Both the position numbers and the translations under genes were made by a program. Below the pieces are notes generated by a model. That model searched no databases. It was given only the letters and a program-made list of their open reading frames with translations, and had not been told where the DNA came from. A stretch of DNA of 20,751 nt from Coprothermobacterota bacterium (GTDB lineage Bacteria; Coprothermobacterota; HKB111), in the NCBI GenBank assembly GCA_037440465.1, contig JBBIUB010000004.1:40068-60818 (forward strand), given 5' to 3'. Numbering within the stretch: the stretch's first letter is position 1; the number at the start of each line of letters is the position of its first letter. This document shows, one piece after another, positions 1 through 8,817 of this stretch.

Positions 1-60
1 TAAATAGAGTTGACCCCTTTACTAAAATAAATACCCGATAAATAGAGTTGACCCCTTTAC
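1..60. repeat. Perfect 22-bp direct repeat TAAATAGAGTTGACCCCTTTAC x2 (1-22, 39-60) with a 16-bp spacer; may continue beyond the window edge
   Basis: Both copies read directly from the sequence and are identical. Confidence 0.9.
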
Positions 61-74
61 CCTCTTTCTATAAA

Positions 75-83
75 TGATATAAT
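75..83 (+). promoter_or_regulatory. Putative extended -10 sigma70-type promoter (TG-A-TATAAT) for the osmC-por operon
   Basis: TGATATAAT at 75-83, about 30 nt upstream of the ATG at 115; SD AGGAGG at 104-109. Confidence 0.6.
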
Positions 84-114
84 TACTGAATAAATATAAA
101 CCCAGGAGGCAGAA

Positions 115-534
115 ATGTCTGAATTAAAGGTGAATGTTAAATGGGTAGACCTTATGAGACTTTTAGCTTCTAACGAAAATGGCCATGCCCTAGTTATGGA
201 TGTAAGCAAAGAAGCAGGCAGTCTAAATCAAGGACCCCGTCCAATGGAGTTAATCTTGATGGCATTAGGTGGATGTATGATGATGGATATGGTTTCCATT
301 CTCGGTAAGATGCGGTCAAACCTCAAGAGCCTGGCGATGGATATTTCAGCCACAAGAAAAGAAGAGTATCCAAAAGTATTTAATAAAATAACGGTAACAA
401 TTCATACAGCCGGTGCGCCTAAAGAGGATGTGGAAAAAGCCTTCATCCTATCTAAAGAAAAGTATTGTTCAGTTTATGCCATGTTAAACCCGGTTGTTGA
501 TATAGAATATATTCTTAAAGTTGAGGAGGTTTAA
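115..534 (+). CDS. OsmC/Ohr family protein (YhfA-like)
   Basis: GPRPMELILMALGGC and SKEKYCSV motifs carry the two conserved cysteines; 139 aa; strong SD AGGAGG. Confidence 0.9.
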   Translation: MSELKVNVKWVDLMRLLASNENGHALVMDVSKEAGSLNQGPRPMELILMALGGCMMMDMVSILGKMRSNLKSLAMDISATRKEEYPKVFNKITVTIHTAGAPKEDVEKAFILSKEKYCSVYAMLNPVVDIEYILKVEEV

Positions 535-539
535 TAAAT

Positions 540-1103
540 ATGATAGAGATTAGATGGCACTCGAGGGCAGGTCAGGGAGCAAAAACTGCTGCTTATCTAT
601 TAGCAGAATCTGCTGTAAAAGATGGGCGACATGTTCAGGCTTTCCCTGAGTATGGTCCCGAGCGTAGAGGAGCCCCCATGAGGGCATTCAACAGAATTAG
701 CGAAGAGCCGATCACGGTTCACTCTCTAGTTCAAAGTCCTGATGTAGTAGTGGTTCTGGACCCCACGCTTTTTAAGATGATGGATCCCCTGGAAGGTTTA
801 AGGGAGGGAGGTTCTCTCATAGTTAACACTGAATCAACCCCCGAAGAAGTAAAAAAGAAAGTAGCCCAAAACAAGAATGTAAATATATACACAGTTGATG
901 CAACAAAAATCTCCCTCGAAACCATCGGTCGCCCCATCCCCAACACACCCATGCTTGGAGCAATTTCTAAAGCCTTGGGAGTGGTAAAGTTGGAGGTCCT
1001 TTTAGAACACATAAAAGAATATCTTGGTCACAAGATCAGTCCTAAGGTAGTAGAGGGAAATCTTGAAGCAGTGAAGAGAGCTTACGAGGAGGTAAAAGGT
1101 TAG
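540..1103 (+). CDS. porC: Pyruvate/2-oxoacid:ferredoxin oxidoreductase gamma subunit
   Basis: EIRWHSRAGQGAKT, QAFPEYGPERRGAP and PIPNTPMLGA motifs; SD GAGGAGG. Confidence 0.95.
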   Translation: MIEIRWHSRAGQGAKTAAYLLAESAVKDGRHVQAFPEYGPERRGAPMRAFNRISEEPITVHSLVQSPDVVVVLDPTLFKMMDPLEGLREGGSLIVNTESTPEEVKKKVAQNKNVNIYTVDATKISLETIGRPIPNTPMLGAISKALGVVKLEVLLEHIKEYLGHKISPKVVEGNLEAVKRAYEEVKG

Positions 1104-1391
1104 ATGAGTCTTCCTAAATGGTATGAACTTCCTCCAGGAATATATATTGAAGGGGGGAAAGAAGCCGGTAAATACCAAACCGGTGGTTGGAGAACCTTCA
1201 AGCCTGAGGTAGATTTTAACAAATGTACCAGTTGTATGTTCTGCTGGATATACTGCCCCGACAGCTCTATTATTACTAAAGAGCAAAAGATGGTAGATAT
1301 AAATTATGACCACTGTAAAGGTTGTGGAATTTGCGCTCACGAGTGCCCGGTCAAGGCTATATCCATGTTGGAGGAGGAAAGAGTCTTATGA
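1104..1391 (+). CDS. porD: Pyruvate/2-oxoacid:ferredoxin oxidoreductase delta subunit (2x[4Fe-4S])
   Basis: TGGWRTFKP motif and two CxxCxxCxxxCP motifs (CTSCMFCWIYCP, CKGCGICAHECP); starts directly after the porC stop. Confidence 0.95.
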   Translation: MSLPKWYELPPGIYIEGGKEAGKYQTGGWRTFKPEVDFNKCTSCMFCWIYCPDSSIITKEQKMVDINYDHCKGCGICAHECPVKAISMLEEERVL

Positions 1392-2587
1392 AAACAATTA
1401 ATAAGAAGCTAATAGCTTTAGAGGGAAACGCAGCTGTAGCTCTGGCCATGAAACAGATTAATCCAGATGTGATAGCAGCTTACCCGATTACCCCCCAAAC
1501 AGAGATAGTAATGTATTTTTCTCAATATGTAGCTGATGGGGTGGTTGATACGGAATATGTTACGGTAGAATCTGAACATTCTGCCATGTCTGCCTGTATA
1601 GGTGCATCAGCATCTGGAGCTCGGGTTATGACCGCTACCTCTTCTCAAGGGTTGGCTCTGATGTGGGAGATGATGTATATAGCCTCAGCGGCTCGAACAC
1701 CTATTGTAATGCCTATCGTTAACCGCGCCTTATCAGGTCCTATAAACATCCATGGTGACCATTCAGACGCTATGGGTGCCAGAGATTCAGGCTGGATTAT
1801 GCTTTTCTCGGAAAACGTGCAGGAAGCTTATGATAATACCATCCAGGCTATCAGAATTGCCGAAGACCCAAGAGTCAGGTTACCTGTTGCCGTGAATCTG
1901 GATGGTTTCATCACCAGTCATGCTGTAGAGGTCTTGGAGACACTCCCAGATGAAGAGGTAAAAGCTTTTGTTAGAGAAAGCAAACCCTGGGGAAGAACCC
2001 TTCTGGATGTAGATAATCCTATAACTATGGGCCCAGTGGCTCTAACTGACAGTTATATGGAATTCAAGAGGAATCAGCGGGAAGTAATTGATAATGTAAT
2101 GCCCGTTATCCTGGAAATAGGAGAAGAGTTTAATAAGCTTACTGGTAGAAAATACAGTATTTATGAAGAATACAAGCTTGAAGATGCTGATGTGGCAATT
2201 GCGGTGATGAACTCTACTGCTGGAACAACCAGGGTAGTGGTGGACGAACTAAGAAATAAAGGTATTAAAGCAGGCTTACTGAAATTGAGAGTCTTTAGAC
2301 CATTTCCCTATAAGGAACTGGTAGAAGCCCTCTCTCACCTTAAGGCTGTTGCAGTACTGGATAAGGCAGATTCCATGGGTTCTCTCGGTGGTCCTTTGTT
2401 TGGAGAATTAAGATCAGCCTTCTATGAAGCTAAAAATAAGCCCTTGATGCTCAATTACATCTTTGGACTGGGTGGTAGAGATGTCACCCCTGATCTCATC
2501 CATAAGGCTTATAAAGAAACCTACAAGGTTTTGGAGACTGGCAGAATCCCTGAAAAGCTCTACAGCTACTTAGGTGTAAGGGAATAG
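1388..2587 (+). CDS. porA: Pyruvate/2-oxoacid:ferredoxin oxidoreductase alpha subunit
   Basis: AAYPITPQT, VESEHSAMS, TATSSQGLALM, VNRAL and GLGGRD motifs. Start placed at ATG 1388 (ATGA overlap with the porD stop, SD GGAGGAGG upstream) rather than the track's 1322. Confidence 0.95.
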   Translation: MKTINKKLIALEGNAAVALAMKQINPDVIAAYPITPQTEIVMYFSQYVADGVVDTEYVTVESEHSAMSACIGASASGARVMTATSSQGLALMWEMMYIASAARTPIVMPIVNRALSGPINIHGDHSDAMGARDSGWIMLFSENVQEAYDNTIQAIRIAEDPRVRLPVAVNLDGFITSHAVEVLETLPDEEVKAFVRESKPWGRTLLDVDNPITMGPVALTDSYMEFKRNQREVIDNVMPVILEIGEEFNKLTGRKYSIYEEYKLEDADVAIAVMNSTAGTTRVVVDELRNKGIKAGLLKLRVFRPFPYKELVEALSHLKAVAVLDKADSMGSLGGPLFGELRSAFYEAKNKPLMLNYIFGLGGRDVTPDLIHKAYKETYKVLETGRIPEKLYSYLGVRE

Positions 2588-2596
2588 GAGGATAAG

Positions 2597-3517
2597 ATGC
2601 CATTTAATATAAAAGAGTTATCAACTAAAAAAGACCTGCTGACTGGTGGTCATAGACTTTGTGCTGGCTGTGGGGCGTCAATTGTTTTAAGACAGGTGCT
2701 TCTGGCAGCAAAAACACCTATTGTATTAACTAACGCCACCGGTTGTGTGGAAGTCTCTACAACCATCTTCCCTTTCACTTCCTGGGCTGTACCATGGTTT
2801 CATAGTGCCTTCGAGAATTCTGCTGCCACCATATCAGGTATAGAAACAGCATATAGAGCCCTTAAGAAGATGGGTAAAATAGATAAAGATATCAGGTTTA
2901 TAGGCTTAGGTGGTGATGGTGGTACCTACGACATCGGCTTTCAAGCCCTCTCAGGAGCTATGGAGAGGGGTCACCGGATGTTATATGTTTGCTACGACAA
3001 TAGTGCATATATGAATACTGGCATTCAACGCTCCAGCGCCACTCCTCTGGGTGCTTGGACTACAACCTCTCCTGTGGGTGATGTAATTCCCGGAAAGGTG
3101 CAGTGGAGAAAGAATCTCACTGAGATTATGGTAGCTCACGACATACCTTATGTTGCTCAAGCCAGTCCTTCCCACTTCAAAGACCTTATTGAGAAGGTAG
3201 AGAGAGCTCTGGATACGAATGGGCCAACTTTCATAAATATCATTTCTCCCTGTCCACTGGGTTGGAGGCATGATGGCGATATATCCATAGAACTTGCCCG
3301 TCTGGCTGTGGAGACCTGTTACTGGCCCCTATATGAAGTTGTAGATGGAAAATACAGAATAACCGTTACACCCAGAAATAAAAAACCGGTAATTGATTGG
3401 TTAAAGCCACAAGGTAGATTCTCTCATTTATTTATTGAAAAGAACGCTCACCTTCTGGAGACTTTCCAGAAGAAGGTGAACGATGAATGGGAGAAGCTTC
3501 TTAAGAAAGCAGGGTAA
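2597..3517 (+). CDS. porB: Pyruvate/2-oxoacid:ferredoxin oxidoreductase beta subunit (TPP-binding)
   Basis: GHRLCAGCG, ATGC, the GGDGG...YDN TPP motif, YMNTGIQRS and SPCP; SD AGGAGG. Confidence 0.95.
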   Translation: MPFNIKELSTKKDLLTGGHRLCAGCGASIVLRQVLLAAKTPIVLTNATGCVEVSTTIFPFTSWAVPWFHSAFENSAATISGIETAYRALKKMGKIDKDIRFIGLGGDGGTYDIGFQALSGAMERGHRMLYVCYDNSAYMNTGIQRSSATPLGAWTTTSPVGDVIPGKVQWRKNLTEIMVAHDIPYVAQASPSHFKDLIEKVERALDTNGPTFINIISPCPLGWRHDGDISIELARLAVETCYWPLYEVVDGKYRITVTPRNKKPVIDWLKPQGRFSHLFIEKNAHLLETFQKKVNDEWEKLLKKAG

Positions 3518-3549
3518 ATTCCCCTTTTTTCCCTGGTATTAAAAATTAT

Positions 3550-3647
3550 ATTTCTTCGGTCGCTCCGCTCCCTCGCCGAGACACCTAATTAGTCATGGCG
3601 ATCCCGTACCTATTGGTGATTTTGAATAGGTGCGGGGTGGCAATGTC
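3550..3647. repeat. Degenerate REP-like palindromic intergenic element with a GC-rich hairpin (stem 3603-3614/3625-3636)
   Basis: CCCGTACCTATT pairs with AATAGGTGCGGG (one G-U). The flanks TTCTTCGGTCGCTCCGCTCCCTCGCCGAGAC and GTCATGGCGA...GTGGCAATGTC resemble, from recollection, GTCATTGCGAG...GCAATCTC-type dispersed repeats. Confidence 0.55.
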
Positions 3648-3745
3648 ACTACCTAAAAATGCTACACCTTAAAATAATATTTGACATTTTTACATTGGTA
3701 AAAATAGGACTTTTCTAAATTGGGTTGACAGGTTAATTCTTACTC

Positions 3746-3774
3746 TTGACAAAGCTCTACAGAAGGTATATAAA
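3746..3774 (+). promoter_or_regulatory. Putative sigma70-type promoter TTGACA-N17-TATAAA
   Basis: TTGACA at 3746-3751 and TATAAA at 3769-3774 (perfect -35, 5/6 -10). Confidence 0.4.
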
Positions 3775-4043
3775 TTGAAAAAGTAAGGTATGCCAATCGC
3801 AAAAAGTAATGGAGAGCCTACTATAGAATACGCTTTGTTAAGGTTCAGAGAAGGGTCACAGAAATCCTTTACTATTTTACTGGCTTTGGGAAAGGGGATT
3901 ATTGAAACGAAATACCCAGGTATGAGACTGGCACCAATTATGGTTGTATAATGAAAAGAAAAATCAATCGTTAATAAAAAAAATGATATTTAAACCTGGG
4001 TTAGAAACAATAAGACCTTTTACTGGGGAAAGGTGGGTTTATA

Positions 4044-7000
4044 ATGTATAAAAAATACTACGAATCCATTCAAGAAGAACTGGAAGTTCTTTATAATATC
4101 GCTTCTTTTATATATCCTGAATCCGAAGAAGAGCTGATTAAAGAAGTTGAGAAAAAAGTCAAGGAAATATTTGGTGCTCGTTATTTTGCCCTGTATCTGA
4201 GAAGCGAAAAGAGCCTTAGACTCGCCTCATTTTTTGGGTTTAAAAACCCCGAGGAGATAAAAGAAAAAATAGAAGAGGAAAAACCAAATCAGTTCTATTC
4301 ACTTCTGGGTAAAGATGGAGAACTGGGCGTTATTTTTATAGAAGAAGAGCACCCTATAAATGAAAAAAGGCGATTAATTTATGATATCTATGTAAAACAA
4401 CTGGAGAACGCTCTTTTAACCATAAAGAAATTACATACTTATAAAAGATCTGGAGAAATACAAAGAGTTTTCAGCCATCAGATGGAACTTCTCTTGAATT
4501 CAACAGGGGAAGGTATTATAAGAATAAACCTTGATGGTGATATAATTTTTGCTAATCAAGCAGCTGCCAGGATGACAGGATATAGAAACGAGGAACTTAT
4601 CAACCAGTCAATTTTCAAAACACTGTATTATTCTAAACCAAACAAAGTTCCAATTTATAAAGATGAATGCTTAATATATTCTTCTATGAAAATAGGTTTA
4701 ACCCATTACACAGATACAGAATGTTTCTGGAGAAAGGACGGTACCAATTTCCCTGTGGAATTCACTTCTGCCCCCATAAAAGAGGATGGAAAAATAACTG
4801 GTGTTGTGGTCATCTTTAGAGACATTACAAAGCAGAAGGCTACAGACGACGAGCTCAGAGCCATAAAGGAAAGGTTGATACCCTTAATTTACTACACCCC
4901 TGATATTATAACCATCCTGGATCTTAAAAGGCGTATTATCCAGGTAAACCCTGCCTTTGAACAGTTGTACGGTTGGTCAGAAAAGGAAGTTCTTGGCAAG
5001 AAAATACCTGTGGTGCCTTCTTATTTGAGGAAAGCCACCCAAAAACTTTACAGAGAAGTTATTGAGGGAAAAAACACCTCTGATTATGAAACTAAAAGAC
5101 AGAAAAAAGATGGAACCCTTATAGATGCCAGTGTAACTCTTTCCCCTATCAAGGACTCCACAGGAAAAGTAGTAGCCATTTCAGATATAACAAGGGATAT
5201 TACTGAAAAAAAACAACTTAAAGAGAAATTATTAAGCTCTGAAAAAAGGTACCGCGAACTCTTTGAAAACACATTGGAAGGTGTTTACAAAAGTACTCTT
5301 GACGGTAAACTTATTGCAGTTAATCCTGCTCTTGTGGAAATGCTCGGATACGAAAGTGAAGAAGAACTGCTTTCAGCTGACATCTCCAATGAACTTTATG
5401 CCAATCCAGAAGATAGAAAAGCTCATTCTGAAAGAATGAAAAAAGATGGAGAAATGCGAAATGTAGAAGTCGTTCTTAAAAGAAAAGATGGAAGTAAGTT
5501 TGTTGCCCTTAAAAACTCTCTCCTGGTATATGACGAACACAATAAAGTGTTATATCACCAAGGCTCCATAATAGACATCACCCGGAGAAAGGTTGCAGAA
5601 GAAGAGCTCAGGACTATAAAGGATAGATTGGAATCACTTATTAACAACACTACTGATGTTATAGTCATAATTGACCTTGAAGGAAGAGTTATGCAGATAA
5701 ACCCTGCTTTTGAAAAGACATATGGCTGGACAACAGAAGAAGTCATTGAGAGGAAATTACCCACAATACCTGAATATTTAATTGAGGATACTGAAGAATT
5801 ATTAAAAAAGATTAGGGAAGGAGCAGTTCTCACTGGCTATGAAACTAAGAGGCAAAAAAAGGATGGGACACTCATTGACGTAAGCATGACCATTTCTCCC
5901 ATTAAAGATGTAGGGGGAAGGGTAATAGCCATCTCAAGCATAACCAGAGATATAAGTGAGAGGATAGAGAGGGAAGAAGAGCTAAGAACCACTAAGGAGA
6001 AATTGGAATCATTAATTAATAATAGTGCTGATGCCATTACCATCAGAGACTTACAGGGAAACATCCTGGAGATGAACCCTGCTTTTGAGAAGATATACGG
6101 ATGGACAAAGAAAGATGTTATTGAGAAGAAAACTGATATCATACCTGACTACCTTATACCTGAATCCGAAGAATTAGTTAGAAAGGTGGTCTCAGGAGAG
6201 ATTGTATCCGCTTACCAGACTAAAAGACTAAGAAAAGATGGAGCAATGCTTGACATCAGCTTAACTCTATCTCCAATAAGAGATTCCTCAGGAAATATTA
6301 CTGCCATCTCAGGTATAAGCAGGGATATCACAAGATACAAGGAAGTTGAAAGGAATATTCTCCTCCGTGATTCTATATTAGAAGCAGTAAGCTTTGCTGC
6401 CCATGAGTTCCTGAAGGCAGCCTCCTGGGAGGAAAATATCCAGAAGATTCTTGAGCATCTGGGTAAAGCTACAGATGTAAGCAGGGTTTATATCTTTGAA
6501 AACTATAGAGGAGAAGATGGTACTATTTATACCAACCAGCGATATGAATGGGTGACACCTGGAATAACTCCCCAGATAAACAACCCTGACCTTCAAAACT
6601 TCGCCTGGGAGAGGGGTCCTTTAAGATACTGGGTAAAAAACTTGAGTCAAGAAAAACCTGTCTATGGCCATATAAGAGAGCTTCCTTCCAACGGTAAAGA
6701 GTTCTTAAGTGAGGAGGACATCAAGTCAATCTTGGTGATGCCAGTTTTCGTGGAAGGAAAATGGTGGGGTATTATGGGCTTTGATGAGTGCTTAAATGAG
6801 AGAGATTGGTCTCAGTTAGAGATTGAAGCCCTTAAAACAGCCAGCAACCTCTTAGGCTCAGCCATCCAGAGAAGCCAAGGATATAATAAGTTAAGAAAAA
6901 CCTTAGATGATATTGTTAACGCGATGGTAGTTACCACCGAAATCAGAGACCCCTACACCGCAGGCCACCAAAAAAGAGTTTCGCAATTAGCCTGTGCTAT

Positions 7001-7472
7001 AGGAAGATTGGTGGAATTACCAGAAAATATGATTGAGGCAATAAGAATATCATCTCTCTTGCATGACTCAGGAAAGTTTAATATCCCCACAGAGATTCTT
7101 GCCAAACCCCGTAAATTGAACGAAGTTGAGTTTAACATCATCAAAAGCCACTGTGAAGCCGGTTATAATATCCTGAAAAATATAGACTTCCAGTATCCTG
7201 TTGCCACTATAATACTCCAGCACCATGAAAAATTAGATGGTAGTGGTTATCCAAAGGGCCTAAAAACAAACAGGATAATGTTTGAATCAAAAATCCTAAC
7301 TGTGGCAGATGTAGTAGAAGCCATGATGTCTCACCGACCATATAGACCTGCCCTGGGAATAGATGATGCTCTGAAGGAAATTAACCAGAACAAAGGCGTG
7401 CTTTACGACCCCGAAGTCGTTGATGCTTGTGTAACATTATTTACTGAAAAGGGTTTTACTTTCGCAGAGTAG
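4044..7472 (+). CDS. Multi-PAS/PAC (5x) + GAF + HD-GYP cyclic dinucleotide phosphodiesterase (probably c-di-GMP)
   Basis: Five PAS-PAC units ending in (R/I)DI(T/S); a GAF domain (VSRVYIFEN...SILVMPVFVEGKWWGIMGFD); HD-GYP motifs RDPYTAGHQKRV, LHDSGK, HHEKLDGSGYPKGL and ADVVEAMMSHRPYR are intact; no obvious TM helix. Confidence 0.93.
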   Translation: MYKKYYESIQEELEVLYNIASFIYPESEEELIKEVEKKVKEIFGARYFALYLRSEKSLRLASFFGFKNPEEIKEKIEEEKPNQFYSLLGKDGELGVIFIEEEHPINEKRRLIYDIYVKQLENALLTIKKLHTYKRSGEIQRVFSHQMELLLNSTGEGIIRINLDGDIIFANQAAARMTGYRNEELINQSIFKTLYYSKPNKVPIYKDECLIYSSMKIGLTHYTDTECFWRKDGTNFPVEFTSAPIKEDGKITGVVVIFRDITKQKATDDELRAIKERLIPLIYYTPDIITILDLKRRIIQVNPAFEQLYGWSEKEVLGKKIPVVPSYLRKATQKLYREVIEGKNTSDYETKRQKKDGTLIDASVTLSPIKDSTGKVVAISDITRDITEKKQLKEKLLSSEKRYRELFENTLEGVYKSTLDGKLIAVNPALVEMLGYESEEELLSADISNELYANPEDRKAHSERMKKDGEMRNVEVVLKRKDGSKFVALKNSLLVYDEHNKVLYHQGSIIDITRRKVAEEELRTIKDRLESLINNTTDVIVIIDLEGRVMQINPAFEKTYGWTTEEVIERKLPTIPEYLIEDTEELLKKIREGAVLTGYETKRQKKDGTLIDVSMTISPIKDVGGRVIAISSITRDISERIEREEELRTTKEKLESLINNSADAITIRDLQGNILEMNPAFEKIYGWTKKDVIEKKTDIIPDYLIPESEELVRKVVSGEIVSAYQTKRLRKDGAMLDISLTLSPIRDSSGNITAISGISRDITRYKEVERNILLRDSILEAVSFAAHEFLKAASWEENIQKILEHLGKATDVSRVYIFENYRGEDGTIYTNQRYEWVTPGITPQINNPDLQNFAWERGPLRYWVKNLSQEKPVYGHIRELPSNGKEFLSEEDIKSILVMPVFVEGKWWGIMGFDECLNERDWSQLEIEALKTASNLLGSAIQRSQGYNKLRKTLDDIVNAMVVTTEIRDPYTAGHQKRVSQLACAIGRLVELPENMIEAIRISSLLHDSGKFNIPTEILAKPRKLNEVEFNIIKSHCEAGYNILKNIDFQYPVATIILQHHEKLDGSGYPKGLKTNRIMFESKILTVADVVEAMMSHRPYRPALGIDDALKEINQNKGVLYDPEVVDACVTLFTEKGFTFAE

Positions 7473-7492
7473 CACTAACTTACTTAAACTCT

Positions 7493-7556
7493 AATCTCCT
7501 TTGAACTAGCACTGTTTACCACCTCCCCCTTTTCTAAAGGAAAATTGAGGAGGATT
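7493..7556. terminator. Imperfect inverted repeat between the convergent HD-GYP and apgM genes; possible bidirectional terminator or decayed repeat
   Basis: Short CCTTT-TCT-AAAGG hairpin inside loosely complementary pyrimidine-rich and purine-rich flanks (CCTC.../GAGG, AATCTCCT/AGGAGGATT). Confidence 0.3.
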
Positions 7557-7569
7557 ATGAGAAAGCCTT

Positions 7570-8817
7570 TTAAGCCCCGTATTTATGGGCGTTGCCAGCA
7601 AGGTCCAGAAGGATGGGCATCAAATCAACCCCTCTTATTCTACCCAAACCTCCCCTAACAGCTTCCCGTTCTGTAAAGGTTGTTATAGAGTCTGTTCTTA
7701 CATCACCGACTATCAGAAGTGGAACTGAATCACCGGAATGGTCTCCCACTGAAACAGGGCTGGAGTGGTCAGCGGTAATAGCCAGTGTACCCTGAAAATC
7801 CCTTAGAGATACAATTGCCTTATCAAATTTTTCTATGGTTTTAACTTTTAAGGAGAAGGCTCTATCGTGGGCAGCTACATCACAACCTTTAATATTTATA
7901 AAGACAATGTCATGTTCGGACAATAGTTTCCTACCTTCATCTATCATCTGCTTCATTTCTGTATCATACGAACCAGTGGCAAAAGCATAATCAGGAGTGT
8001 AAAGACCTAAGGTTCGGGCTATTCCTTTTACCAGCCCGACCTCAGCGATAAAAACACCTTTAAGACCATATTTATCTTGAAAAGAAGGTAGGTGAGGGAC
8101 TATCCCAGCGCCTCTCGGAAGGATGATGTTGGCAGGGTTTTCACCACGAGCTTTTCTTTCCCAGTTTACAGAGTGATTAGAGAGAATCTCATGGGAGAGT
8201 CTAACAAATTCGTTAAGTACAAAAGATGTTTTCAGAGCTGCCTTCTTCAAAGCAAGTGGTGTGGTTTTGAGAGGTTTAGCCTCTTCAACCTTCAAGCCTT
8301 CCTGATGTGGGTCCACATCTTCTACATAAGAAGTCAATCCTTCTCCTCTTAAAACCAAGGCGCCTCTGTGTTCAACAGACTCCTTGAAAAGTACCTTCAC
8401 TCCCTGTATCTCCAGTCCATTTACGGCTGAGGCAAGCTCCTTAGTTCCTTCCCTTATACGACCTGCCCTTCTATCCAGAATCACTCCTTCAGGGGAAACA
8501 GTAGAAAAATTGCACCTGAAAGCCACATCACCACCCTTGACTTCCATACCTATACCAATAGCCTCAAAAGGACCTCTCCCGGTGTAATACTTATAGGGGT
8601 CATACCCCAGGAGAGCCAGGTGGGCAGTGTCACTCCCTGGCCTTATGCCAGGAGCAATGGGGTCCACAATACCCAAAATCCCCTTTGAAGCCAAATAATC
8701 CAAATTAGGTTTATAAGCCTTTTCCAGGGGAGTATAACCATTGGTTAATCTGTCTCCCAAACCATCAAGGATTATTACCAGAATGCCTTTATTTGTTTTA
8801 TTAATAGTTTCAATCAT
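7570..8817 (-). CDS. apgM: 2,3-bisphosphoglycerate-independent phosphoglycerate mutase, archaeal type
   Basis: [23 protein letters not shown] (catalytic Ser), [30 protein letters not shown] and TADHSSP...HSGDSVP motifs. Confidence 0.92.
   Translation of the reverse strand: MIETINKTNKGILVIILDGLGDRLTNGYTPLEKAYKPNLDYLASKGILGIVDPIAPGIRPGSDTAHLALLGYDPYKYYTGRGPFEAIGIGMEVKGGDVAFRCNFSTVSPEGVILDRRAGRIREGTKELASAVNGLEIQGVKVLFKESVEHRGALVLRGEGLTSYVEDVDPHQEGLKVEEAKPLKTTPLALKKAALKTSFVLNEFVRLSHEILSNHSVNWERKARGENPANIILPRGAGIVPHLPSFQDKYGLKGVFIAEVGLVKGIARTLGLYTPDYAFATGSYDTEMKQMIDEGRKLLSEHDIVFINIKGCDVAAHDRAFSLKVKTIEKFDKAIVSLRDFQGTLAITADHSSPVSVGDHSGDSVPLLIVGDVRTDSITTFTEREAVRGGLGRIRGVDLMPILLDLAGNAHKYGA

Noticed and set aside
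1..60. CRISPR array
   Set aside because: Only two 22-bp repeats, the 16-bp spacer is too short, and no cas genes are in the window; the upstream flank cannot be seen.
1322..1387. Track's longer GTG start for porA
   Set aside because: It lies inside porD's second Fe-S motif; ATG 1388 has a strong SD and ATGA coupling.
3929..3945. Sigma54 promoter (TGGCAC...)
   Set aside because: The -24 element matches, but the -12 position reads ATGG rather than TTGC.
3518..4043. c-di-GMP riboswitch upstream of the HD-GYP gene
   Set aside because: The class I or class II consensus stems and loops could not be identified; an Rfam scan would be decisive.
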